Shown here piece after piece: positions 9,651 to 18,477 of a DNA stretch of 51,431 nt. The translations under genes were made by a program, and so were the position numbers. Origin of the DNA: Alphaproteobacteria bacterium (GTDB taxonomy: Bacteria; Pseudomonadota; Alphaproteobacteria; GCA-2731375); contig JAPYPT010000004.1 in the NCBI GenBank assembly GCA_029937535.1, forward strand, positions 1 to 51,431. The letters run 5' to 3'. Numbering within the stretch: position 1 is the stretch's first letter; each line of letters starts with the position of its first letter. A model generated the notes under the pieces. It searched no databases. It worked only from the letters and a program-made list of their open reading frames with translations, and was not told where the DNA came from.

Positions 9651-10262
9651 ATGGCCCTGGAAATAATTGGCGGCGCCCGTTCAAACTTTGTGCGCACGGT
9701 GCGCATGGTGGCCGAGGAAAAAGGCGTGCCTTACGAGCATATCTCCGCCATGCCCCATTCCGATGAAGTCAAGGCTATCAACCCGTTCGGCCAGATCCCG
9801 GTGATGCGCCACGATGGCCTGGAAATCCCGGAATCTCATGCCATCGCCACCTATATCGACACCGCCTTTGACGGCCCCGCCCTGGTGCCCATGGAGCCGA
9901 AGGAAGCGGCCGCGGTCAACCGCTGGGTTTCCGCCGTCAACACGGGCGTGGATCAAATGCTCATGCGCAAATATGTGGTGGAATATGCCTTCCACAAGGA
10001 CGAGGACGGCAATGTCGTGCGCGATGTGATCGACCAGACCGTCAAGCGCCTGCCGAAAATGTTCGCCATGCTGGATGGGGCCGTCGCCGGCGGCTATCTG
10101 GGCGGCGATAGTTTTACCATGGCCGATTGTTTTTTGATGCCGATCCTGGCGGCGGTTCAAAATTTCCCCGAGGGCAAGGAAAACCTCGAGACTTCAACAA
10201 ATCTGTCGGCCTATTTCGCCAAGCTATCCGAGCGCCCCAGCTTCACCAAAACCGCCGCGTAG
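9651..10262 (+). CDS. Glutathione S-transferase family protein
   Basis: NPFGQIP..(ES.AI) N-terminal thioredoxin-fold motif and C-terminal YLGG..FTMAD motif. Confidence 0.9.
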   Translation: MALEIIGGARSNFVRTVRMVAEEKGVPYEHISAMPHSDEVKAINPFGQIPVMRHDGLEIPESHAIATYIDTAFDGPALVPMEPKEAAAVNRWVSAVNTGVDQMLMRKYVVEYAFHKDEDGNVVRDVIDQTVKRLPKMFAMLDGAVAGGYLGGDSFTMADCFLMPILAAVQNFPEGKENLETSTNLSAYFAKLSERPSFTKTAA

Positions 10263-10272
10263 ACTGGCCGGA

Positions 10273-10374
10273 AGGCGGTTTAATACGGTGACGTAATACT
10301 TATATCGTCAACGTCCGGGCAATTTTCCTGCATTTTTGACGATATAAGTATTACGTCACCGCATTAAAACGCCT
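10273..10374. repeat. Miniature palindromic element, family A, copy 2 (39-bp arms, 24-nt spacer)
   Basis: 10273-10311 and 10336-10374 are inverted repeats with 2 mismatches. Both arm cores are shared with 1373-1452. It lies between convergent genes. Confidence 0.9.
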
Positions 10375-10393
10375 GTCGCCGTCGGCGGCTCTG

Positions 10394-10882
10394 TTAATCC
10401 CGGAAGTTCACGTATTGCAGGGGCTGGTCCAGCTTCATGTCCTTGATCAGGGCTATGGCGGCCTGCAGATCGTCGCGTTTCTTGCCGGTGACACGCAGCT
10501 CATCGCCCTGGATCGCCACCTGAACCTTCTTCAGCTTCGCGCCCTTAAGCTCCTTGACCACCTTTTGCGCCAGGTCCCGGGCGATGCCCTGTTTGATGAC
10601 GATGGTCTGGCGAATGGTGTTGCCGGAGGCTTTTTCGGGATCGCCGTAGTCCAGGGCCTTGTGGTCCACCTTGCGCTTGGCCAAATAGCCGCGCAGCAAT
10701 TCCTGCACCTGTTTCAGTTTCAGATCGTCATCGGCCCGTATGGTCAGGACTTCGTCCGTGCGCTCAATGGCGCATTGGCTGCCCTTGAAGTCAAAGCGCG
10801 TGGAAATTTCCCGCATGACGCCTTGCAAGGCGTTATCCACCTCGGGCAGTTCCGTGCGCGAGACAACATCGAATGACGGCAT
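10394..10882 (-). CDS. yajQ: YajQ family nucleotide/cyclic-di-GMP-binding protein
   Basis: MPSFDVVS..EVDNA..RFDFKG and IQGDELRVTGKKRDDLQ..NFRD, the canonical YajQ sequence. Confidence 0.97.
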   Translation of the reverse strand: MPSFDVVSRTELPEVDNALQGVMREISTRFDFKGSQCAIERTDEVLTIRADDDLKLKQVQELLRGYLAKRKVDHKALDYGDPEKASGNTIRQTIVIKQGIARDLAQKVVKELKGAKLKKVQVAIQGDELRVTGKKRDDLQAAIALIKDMKLDQPLQYVNFRD

Positions 10883-10900
10883 GGCAATTTCTCTCTCAGA

Positions 10901-11536
10901 TTATTGGGTCTGCTTCACGGCTTGCGTCACCAAGTCGGCCATAACCTCATTCCCCTGGGCACGCAAGCCGTTGATGACGCCAGCGGCATCGTGTTCGGAC
11001 TTATTCTGGCTCATCTTCCATTTGCCTTCCAGCCGCGTGATCGGCATCTCGATACCGATGATGCCCCGGCACATGGCCGCGATATAATCCGCCGGCGCAT
11101 CCGCCAGTTTCCAGGGCAGCTCGTAGGGGCTTTCGAAGTGGTCGGTCATGGCCGCCAGATGGGTCTGCAATTTTGCCGGATCATCGAAGGTTGTCGCCGT
11201 GCCGTAGGCGTGAATGGCCACATAGTTCCAGGTTGGCACCGCCTTGCCGGTTTGGTGTTTCGAAGGATACCAGTTCGGCGAGATATAGCTTTGGGGACCT
11301 TGAAAAATCACTAATAATTCCTGGCCATCCCGCAGGGCGGCGGCCTGGGGATTGGCTTTGGCGAAATGACAGCGCAGGGTACCATGGGGCTCGGCAGCGG
11401 TATCCAACTCGATCGGCACGTGGGAGGCGATCAGGCCGTCCGGCCCCTGGCCGACGACAATTGCCGCGCCGATCTGGCGCATGGTTTGGTGCAGAACCTC
11501 CGTGCGGTCCTCACGAAAATCGCCGGGTAGATACAT
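10901..11536 (-). CDS. paiB: PaiB family FMN/heme-binding split-barrel protein
   Basis: MYLP..F, HFAKANPQ, YISPNWY, VPTWNY and GKWKMSQN motifs. Confidence 0.9.
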   Translation of the reverse strand: MYLPGDFREDRTEVLHQTMRQIGAAIVVGQGPDGLIASHVPIELDTAAEPHGTLRCHFAKANPQAAALRDGQELLVIFQGPQSYISPNWYPSKHQTGKAVPTWNYVAIHAYGTATTFDDPAKLQTHLAAMTDHFESPYELPWKLADAPADYIAAMCRGIIGIEMPITRLEGKWKMSQNKSEHDAAGVINGLRAQGNEVMADLVTQAVKQTQ

Positions 11537-11568
11537 GGCCGTCTCCTCGAATAAGGTCGAGGCCCTAT

Positions 11569-13056
11569 TTAGGAGACCAGATCGTATTCGTCCAGGTTGG
11601 GCGTGGACATATCATTGCAGAATTTGTCGTAGGAAAAGGGCCACATGGCCGGATTGCCGTTCTTATCCAGATACCAGCTTTGACAGCCCGTGACCCAGAC
11701 CGTGCCTTTCATGGCTGCTTTCAAGGTTCCATTGAAGGCCTCCATGGCGTCTTGCTTGGCGGAAATCTCGTCGGCCCCGCCCCGCCGCCACAGATCGATC
11801 AGCTGCATAATGTAGGCCAGCTGCTTTTCCGAAATATCGATCAGGGAGAAATTTCCAATGGGGCTGTTGGGGCCCACCAACATGAAGAAGTTGGGAAAGC
11901 CGGGCAGGGAGACGGAGCGGTGGGCGGGCGTCGCCTCGGCCCATTCGTCCTGCAATTCGCGCCCGTCATTGCCGGTCAAATCCATGGGCCGCATGAAACT
12001 ATGACCATCGAAGCCCGTGGCCAGGACCAATACGTCCATTTCGTGCAGGCGGCCATCCGTGGTCCGTACACCGCCCGCCTCCACCCGTGCGATGGGGTCC
12101 GTAATCAGTTCTGCATTGGGTTTTTGGATGGCTTCATAAAAACTGTCGGAGACGATCAGGCGCTTGCAGGCCGCCTTGTAGTCGGGCGTCAGCCGCGCCT
12201 TTAGCTCCGCATCATGGACGTTGTCGTCGAGATTGGCGCGGCAGGTTTCTTCGATCCTGGCCATCTGCTCTTCGTCGCCGATCACGGCTTCGCCAAAGGT
12301 ATCGGCGAACAGCCGGGTCATTGAGGCGAGCAAATCATCCATGGCGCCGGGGACGTTGCGGAAGACATCCTTTTCCTGCTCGCTGAAGGCCGGATTTTCC
12401 TGCGGGAAGATCCATTGCGCCGTGCGCTGGAACAGGGACAGATGGGAAACTTTATCGACCAGATCGGCGGTGATCTGCACGGCGGTGGAACCGGTGCCGA
12501 TGATGCCGATGCGCCGGTTTTCAAGGGGTACGTCGTGGTCCCAGCGGGCGGAATGAAAGACCTCGCCGGCGAAATCATCCAACCCCTCGATGTCGGGGTA
12601 AACCGGATGGTGCAAAACGCCGGCGGCGGAAATGATGATATCCACCACATCGATGGTTTCATCGCCGCATTCCAAGTGCCAGTTTCCGTCCCGGCGCCGG
12701 GCGCGGGTGATCTCCGTATTGAACCTGAGGCGTCTTTCGACGTCGTATTTTTTGGCCACCCCGTCGAAATAGGCCCTGATTTCCGCGCCGGGAGAGAACC
12801 GGTGGCTCCATTCCGCATTCGGCTCGAATGAATAGCGGTACATATGCGAGGGCACATCGCAGCACAGCCCCGGATAGGTGTTGTCGCGCCAGGTGCCGCC
12901 CAAGGCCCCGGCTTTTTCATAGACGGTGAAATCGGCAATGCCGGCTTCCTTGAGTTTGATCGCCGTCAGAATGCCCGACATCCCGGCCCCGATGACCGCG
13001 ACGCGGGGGGAGCGCTTAATTTTGTTCGCGGCACCTGGATCGGCTTGCGCATTCAT
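11569..13056 (-). CDS. Flavin-containing monooxygenase, Baeyer-Villiger type
   Basis: [19 protein letters not shown], the FxGxxxHxxxWD fingerprint ([12 protein letters not shown]), GTGSTA and ATGF motifs. Confidence 0.92.
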   Translation of the reverse strand: MNAQADPGAANKIKRSPRVAVIGAGMSGILTAIKLKEAGIADFTVYEKAGALGGTWRDNTYPGLCCDVPSHMYRYSFEPNAEWSHRFSPGAEIRAYFDGVAKKYDVERRLRFNTEITRARRRDGNWHLECGDETIDVVDIIISAAGVLHHPVYPDIEGLDDFAGEVFHSARWDHDVPLENRRIGIIGTGSTAVQITADLVDKVSHLSLFQRTAQWIFPQENPAFSEQEKDVFRNVPGAMDDLLASMTRLFADTFGEAVIGDEEQMARIEETCRANLDDNVHDAELKARLTPDYKAACKRLIVSDSFYEAIQKPNAELITDPIARVEAGGVRTTDGRLHEMDVLVLATGFDGHSFMRPMDLTGNDGRELQDEWAEATPAHRSVSLPGFPNFFMLVGPNSPIGNFSLIDISEKQLAYIMQLIDLWRRGGADEISAKQDAMEAFNGTLKAAMKGTVWVTGCQSWYLDKNGNPAMWPFSYDKFCNDMSTPNLDEYDLVS

Positions 13057-13203
13057 GACTCACCTGTACTGAAATGGTCGACAACACCTTCCATAGCATT
13101 AATCCCGGCCTTTGGCCCTGGACGCGGCAAAAAGCCACAGGCGGCGTCTTTCATGGGCGGCGGCTACGGGGTAGGTTGCCACTTTGGTATCGGGGAGGAC
13201 GTC

Positions 13204-14517
13204 ATGGCGAGATATCTGAAACAGGGCCTGGGACAGGCGGAGGTGGACGAGGCCGACGCCAAGGTGCGGGCCCAGGTGGAAACCATTCTGGGCGACATCC
13301 AGGCGCGTGGCGATGACGCGGTCCGTGATTTGTCTGAAAAATTCGACAATTGGAGCCCGGAAAACTTCCAACTGTCCGAACCCGAGATCGAAGCCGCCAT
13401 GGCAAAGGTGGCCAAGCGTGACCTGGACGATATCCGCTTTGCCCAGGAACAAGTGCGTAATTTTGCCCAGCACCAAAAAGACGCCCTGCGGGATATCGAG
13501 GTGGAAACCATGCCCGGCGTCGTGCTGGGGCATAAGAATATTCCCGTAAATTCGGTGGGCTGTTACGTGCCGGGCGGCAAATACCCCATGGTCGCCTCGG
13601 CCCATATGAGCGTGGTGACCGCAAAGGTGGCCGGCGTGCCGCGCATTGTCGCCTCCGCCCCGCCCCAGGGCGGCGCGCCACACCCGGCCATCGTCGCCGC
13701 CATGCATATGGGCGGGGCGGACGAGATTTTGGTGCTGGGCGGCATTCAGGCCGTCGCCACCATGGCGCTTGGCACCGAGAGCATTCCCAGCGTCGATATG
13801 CTGGTGGGGCCGGGCAACATGTTCGTGGCCGAGGCCAAGCGGCAGTTGTTCGGCCGGGTCGGCATCGATCTCTTTGCCGGCCCCACCGAGACCCTGATCA
13901 TCGCCGATGACACGGTCGACGGGGAATTATGCGCCATCGATCTGCTGGGCCAGGCCGAACACGGGCCCACGTCACCGGCGGTGCTGCTGACTACCTCGGA
14001 AGCCTTGGCGAAGGATACGATGGCCGAGATCGCGCGCCAGTTGGATATCCTGCCGACGGCGGAGATCGCGAGAGAATCCTGGGCCAATTACGGCGCCGTC
14101 ATTCTGTGCGACAGCGAGGAAGAGATGGTGGAGGAGGCCGACCGCCTGGCCTTCGAGCATGTTCAGGTGATGACGAAAGATCCGGAATATTTCCTCGATA
14201 ACATGACCAACTACGGCGCCCTGTTTCTGGGCCCCCGCACCAACGTCTCCTACGGCGACAAGGTGATCGGCACCAACCATACCCTGCCCACCAAACGCGC
14301 CGGCCGCTACACGGGCGGGCTGTGGGTCGGTAAATTCATCAAGACCCACACCTATCAGCGGGTGCTGACCGATGAAGCCTCGGCCCTGGTCGGGGAATAT
14401 TGTTCGCGGCTGTGCATGCTGGAAGGCTTCGCGGGCCATGCCGAACAGGCCAACGTCCGCGTGCGCCGCTATGGCGGGCGCAACGTGCCGCCCTACACGG
14501 CGGTCGAGCCTCGCTGA
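13204..14517 (+). CDS. hisD: Histidinol dehydrogenase-family protein (HisD paralog)
   Basis: GCYVPGG, GGIQA, GPGN.FVAEAKR, GID.FAGPTE, QAEH, EH and GTNHTLPT motifs. GGAGG RBS before the ATG at 13204. GDK instead of GDY suggests a non-histidine paralog. Confidence 0.88.
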   Translation: MARYLKQGLGQAEVDEADAKVRAQVETILGDIQARGDDAVRDLSEKFDNWSPENFQLSEPEIEAAMAKVAKRDLDDIRFAQEQVRNFAQHQKDALRDIEVETMPGVVLGHKNIPVNSVGCYVPGGKYPMVASAHMSVVTAKVAGVPRIVASAPPQGGAPHPAIVAAMHMGGADEILVLGGIQAVATMALGTESIPSVDMLVGPGNMFVAEAKRQLFGRVGIDLFAGPTETLIIADDTVDGELCAIDLLGQAEHGPTSPAVLLTTSEALAKDTMAEIARQLDILPTAEIARESWANYGAVILCDSEEEMVEEADRLAFEHVQVMTKDPEYFLDNMTNYGALFLGPRTNVSYGDKVIGTNHTLPTKRAGRYTGGLWVGKFIKTHTYQRVLTDEASALVGEYCSRLCMLEGFAGHAEQANVRVRRYGGRNVPPYTAVEPR

Positions 14518-15452
14518 TGGCCGGACATATCGCCATCGTCGGTGCCGGTCTGGTCGGCGGTGGCTGGACCATTGTCTTTGCCAGGGCGGGCGAACAGGTC
14601 CGGGTGTTCGATGCCGCGCGCGGTGTTCGTGACGACTTTCTGGCGGTGGTCAGCCAACAGTTGGATGACCTGAAGGCCTATGATCTGGTCGATGACCCGG
14701 CCGCCATTCTGGCCCGGATCACGGTTTGCGATAGCCTAGGGGAGGCCGTAACGGGCGCCCGTTTCATACAGGAGTCCGTGCTTGAGGAAATTCCGGTTAA
14801 ACAACAAATTTCGGCGGCAATCGGCCCTTTGCTGGATGACGGCGCTATCGTCGGCTCGTCCACCTCCGGCATTCCCGGTTCCGCTTTTACCGAGGACGTG
14901 ACGAACCGGGAACGTTTCCTGGTGACCCATCCGGTCAACCCGCCCTATCTGGTACCCGTGGTCGAGGTGGTGCCGGCGCCATGGACCGATCCGGGGGCAG
15001 TGGATGGCGCCATGGCCCTGATGGCGGAAGTTGGCCAATCCCCGGTCCTGGTGCGGAGGGAAATCGAAGGTTTCATATTGAACCGCCTGCAAGGGGTTCT
15101 GTTGCGGGAGGCTTGGGATCTGTTCGAGGCGGGCTATGCCTCGGCCGAGGATATCGACAAGACCGTCTCGGAGGGGCTTGGCCTGCGCTGGTCCTTCATG
15201 GGACCGTTCGAAACCATCGATCTGAACGCGCCGGGCGGCGTGGCCGATTATGCCGAACGCCTGGGGCCGTTGTACCATGCCATCCAGAAATCCCGCACCG
15301 ACCCACGGCAATGGAGCCCGGAACTCATTGCCAAGGTTGATGACGAACGCCGTCAAGCCCTGGCCATGGGCGGCCTGGCCGGCCGGCGCAATTGGCGCGA
15401 CCGCCGCCTGATGGCCCTGGCCGCCCACAAGGCTGAACAAGACAGCCAATAG
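14517..15452 (+). CDS. 3-hydroxyacyl-CoA dehydrogenase family (carnitine/L-gulonate dehydrogenase-like)
   Basis: GAGLVG, QES..E, SSTSG, HPVNPPY, GFILNRLQ and GLGLRWSFMGPFET motifs. TGATG coupling to the upstream stop. Confidence 0.9.
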   Translation: MAGHIAIVGAGLVGGGWTIVFARAGEQVRVFDAARGVRDDFLAVVSQQLDDLKAYDLVDDPAAILARITVCDSLGEAVTGARFIQESVLEEIPVKQQISAAIGPLLDDGAIVGSSTSGIPGSAFTEDVTNRERFLVTHPVNPPYLVPVVEVVPAPWTDPGAVDGAMALMAEVGQSPVLVRREIEGFILNRLQGVLLREAWDLFEAGYASAEDIDKTVSEGLGLRWSFMGPFETIDLNAPGGVADYAERLGPLYHAIQKSRTDPRQWSPELIAKVDDERRQALAMGGLAGRRNWRDRRLMALAAHKAEQDSQ

Positions 15453-15493
15453 AATCCGAACCATCCAGCCGGCGCTTTGAAGGAATTGTCTCG

Positions 15494-16459
15494 ATGTCCG
15501 AATTGACCGTCACCGACCATAAAGTCGAAAGCATCCAGGCGGGATTATCCGTCTTCGTCCGCAATAAACATCTGGCCGGCCGGACGGAATTCTCGCCCAC
15601 CGAGACGGTATTGTGCGTCCACGGCGCAACCTATCCTTCCACCGTGACGTTCGATTATGTCATTGACGGGCAATCATGGATGGATGTTTTGGCCAAGGCG
15701 GGTTTTGATGTCTGGTGCGTCGATATCCTTGGCTATGGCGCATCCGACCGGCCGCCGGAGATGTCGGTGCCGGCGGATGATAATCCACCGATTGTGGATA
15801 CAGAACATGCCGTAGCCGATGTGGCGCGGGTTGTTGACTTCATTCTGGCCCGGCGGGACCTGCCGCGCCTGGCGTTAATAGGCTATTCCTGGGGTACGAT
15901 GATTTGCGGCAACTACGCTGGCCAGAGGCCGGAGAATGTGGCGCGTCTGGTGCTGTATGGCGCGGCCTGGTTGGGCGCGGGAAGCTCCATTTCCTCCGGC
16001 ACGCCGCCGGGCGCCTATCGCATGGTCGATGCCGAAGCCGTGATTGCCCGTTGGTGCCGTGAGCTGGATGAGGATCAGATCGCGCGCATTGCCTCCCCCG
16101 CCCACATGGCGGCCTGGGCGGACGCGGCGATAGCCTCGGACCCGGAGGCAGGCAATCATGAACCGCCTCAACTGCGCGCGCCCGCGGGCGTGGTCAAGGA
16201 TGTACTGGAGAGGAATGCCAGCCAGACGCCGTCCTATGATCCTGGAAAAATCAGGTCGCCGACCATGGTCGTGGTCGGGGAATGGGACCGGGAAACCACG
16301 CCGGAGCAGGGGCGGACGGTGTTCAGTCTGCTGCCAAATGATATCGACCGCCGCTATGTCATGATCGGCGGCGCCACCCATTCCATGTTGATTGAAAATC
16401 AACGGGGTGAACTGCACCAGGTGGTGGACGGCTTTTTGAAGGAAGGGTGGGAGAGATGA
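15494..16459 (+). CDS. Alpha/beta-fold hydrolase
   Basis: VHGAT, D..GYG.S, GYSWG nucleophile elbow, GEWD and ATH motifs. Confidence 0.88.
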   Translation: MSELTVTDHKVESIQAGLSVFVRNKHLAGRTEFSPTETVLCVHGATYPSTVTFDYVIDGQSWMDVLAKAGFDVWCVDILGYGASDRPPEMSVPADDNPPIVDTEHAVADVARVVDFILARRDLPRLALIGYSWGTMICGNYAGQRPENVARLVLYGAAWLGAGSSISSGTPPGAYRMVDAEAVIARWCRELDEDQIARIASPAHMAAWADAAIASDPEAGNHEPPQLRAPAGVVKDVLERNASQTPSYDPGKIRSPTMVVVGEWDRETTPEQGRTVFSLLPNDIDRRYVMIGGATHSMLIENQRGELHQVVDGFLKEGWER

Positions 16460-17100
16460 GCGACGGCATCGTCCTGTGGGGCGCCATATCCCTGCGCGCC
16501 CTGCGGGTTCATTGGGCGCTGCACGAATTGAACCTGTCTTACGAGTATCGCCCGATCCAATCGCGCACGGGGGAAACCCTGACGGTGGAATATACCGGGC
16601 ATAATCCAAAGCAGAAAATCCCCTGTTTGCAGGACGGTGATTTCACCCTGACGGAAAGCCCGGCCATCGTGAACTATCTGTTCAATGCCTATGGCTCCCG
16701 GGGGGATGTCCATATGCCGCGCGACCCCGAAGAGCAGGCCAGGGCGGATGAATGGAGCTATTTCGCCATGATGGAGCTGGATGCCCATTCCCTGTATTTG
16801 ATTCGCCGGCACAAGTTTCTCCCCGAAATTTATGGCGAGGCCCCCGTCGCCGTGGCCTCGGCCGCCGAATACTGCAAGAAACAGATGGACGCCGTGGCGC
16901 CTGACGTAGCCAAGTTCGCGCCTTTTATTTTCGGCGAAAAACTGAGCGCCGCCGATATTCTGTTGTCCACCACGTTCAATTTCGCCGAACGCTATGAAGT
17001 GGAACCGCCCGAACCCTGCCGGACTTACCGGGACCGCGCCTTTGCCCGGCCGGCGTTCTTGACCGCCAACGCACGTAACGAGGACCTAAATGCCAGCTAA
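16456..17100 (+). CDS. Glutathione S-transferase family protein
   Basis: R..RVHWAL.E, NPKQKIP..L.D..LTES.AI and S.AD motifs. ATGA overlap with the upstream gene. Confidence 0.88.
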   Translation: MSDGIVLWGAISLRALRVHWALHELNLSYEYRPIQSRTGETLTVEYTGHNPKQKIPCLQDGDFTLTESPAIVNYLFNAYGSRGDVHMPRDPEEQARADEWSYFAMMELDAHSLYLIRRHKFLPEIYGEAPVAVASAAEYCKKQMDAVAPDVAKFAPFIFGEKLSAADILLSTTFNFAERYEVEPPEPCRTYRDRAFARPAFLTANARNEDLNAS

Positions 17101-18445
17101 CAACAGCTCTCATAACGCCCGCGACACCCTGGAGGCCGCGCTTGCCGCGATCGACAGCCGGGACGAAACCATCAACGCCATGATCACGGTTACCGCCGAT
17201 CAGGCGCGCGAGGCGGCGGACGCCGCCGACCAGGCGGCGGCGGCGGGGCGATGGCTCGGCCTGCTGCATGGCATGCCCATGGCCATCAAGGATAATATTC
17301 AGACCGCCGGCGTGCGCACCACCTCCGGTTCTTTGCATTTCAAGGATGTGGTGCCCAATCAGGATGCCTTCGTCATTCAACGGCTGAAGGCGGCGGGCGC
17401 GGTGATCGTCGGCAAGGCGACCATGCAGGAGCTGGCCTTTGGCATCCGCTCCGACAATCCGGTCAGCGGCCAGTGCCGCAATCCATGGGACCTCACGAAG
17501 GTACCGGGCGGCTCCTCCGGTGGCTCCGGCGCGGTCATCGCCGCCGGCATGGCGCAGGGCGCCTTGGGCACGGATACCGGCGGCTCGGTCCGCCTTCCGG
17601 CGGCCATGAACGGTGTTGCAGGGCTGCGCCCCACCCATGGCCGGGTCCCCAACCATGGTTCCACCCCGGTCAGTGTTTCCTATGACACCATCGGCCCCAT
17701 GGCCCGGCGGGTCGAGGATATCGCCCGCATTCTGGCGGTGACCGCCAGGGGCGAACCGGGGGCAGCGCCCTCGGAGGCGCCGGATTTGGGCAATTTCCTA
17801 CCCACCTTGAACGATGGCGTGGCCGGCCTGCGCCTTGGCCTGCCCCGCAACCATTATTTTGAAGGCTGCGGCGATGAAATCGCCGAGGCCGTGATGACGG
17901 CGGTGCGGGCCTTGGAGGCGCGGGGCGCGAAGGTTGTCGAGGTGGATGTGGATGGCGCCGAGGCGACCCATCAATGGGCCACCATTCAGGTCTATTCCGA
18001 CGCCTGCGCCTATCACGCCGACCGCATTGATCGTCACCCGGAATTATTCTCCCCCGCGGTGCTGGAGCGGATGTTGGTGGGCCGTACCTTTAGTGGCGTC
18101 GATTACGCCAACGCGGCCCGGGCGCGGGAGGCTTGGCAAGGGACCATGGCGGCGCTATTTCAGGATATCGATATCCTGGTCTCGCCCACCACAACCGCCC
18201 CGCCGCCGCCCATCGAGGAAGACAAATCCCTGTTGGAGGCGACGCGGGACGCCTCCCGCAACACCTACGCTGGCGGCTTTGGCGCCTATCCCGGCCTCTC
18301 GCTGCCCTGCGGCTTTGACAAGGCCGGCCTGCCCATGGGTATGCAGTTGGAAGCCGCCTGGTGGCGGGAGCCGATGCTGCTGCGCACGGGTGCTACCTAT
18401 CAGGCGGAGACCGACTGGCACCTGGCGGAGCCGCAACTGCCCTAA
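17090..18445 (+). CDS. Amidase signature family enzyme
   Basis: AIKDN (Lys), PGGSSGGS and GTDTGGSVRLPA give the Ser-cisSer-Lys triad. Confidence 0.93.
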   Translation: MPANNSSHNARDTLEAALAAIDSRDETINAMITVTADQAREAADAADQAAAAGRWLGLLHGMPMAIKDNIQTAGVRTTSGSLHFKDVVPNQDAFVIQRLKAAGAVIVGKATMQELAFGIRSDNPVSGQCRNPWDLTKVPGGSSGGSGAVIAAGMAQGALGTDTGGSVRLPAAMNGVAGLRPTHGRVPNHGSTPVSVSYDTIGPMARRVEDIARILAVTARGEPGAAPSEAPDLGNFLPTLNDGVAGLRLGLPRNHYFEGCGDEIAEAVMTAVRALEARGAKVVEVDVDGAEATHQWATIQVYSDACAYHADRIDRHPELFSPAVLERMLVGRTFSGVDYANAARAREAWQGTMAALFQDIDILVSPTTTAPPPPIEEDKSLLEATRDASRNTYAGGFGAYPGLSLPCGFDKAGLPMGMQLEAAWWREPMLLRTGATYQAETDWHLAEPQLP

Positions 18446-18477
18446 CAAAACACCAAGACTCGAGGAAACAGATCGTC

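Noticed and set aside
1373-10374. Family A repeats as a CRISPR array or as ends of a 9-kb composite transposon
   Set aside because: There are only two dispersed copies, each self-contained and palindromic, with no spacer array, cas gene, transposase or flanking target duplication seen.
10901-13056. Piperazate biosynthesis cassette (ktzI/ktzT)
   Set aside because: The monooxygenase has the BVMO fingerprint rather than being an ornithine N-hydroxylase, and no NRPS is nearby.
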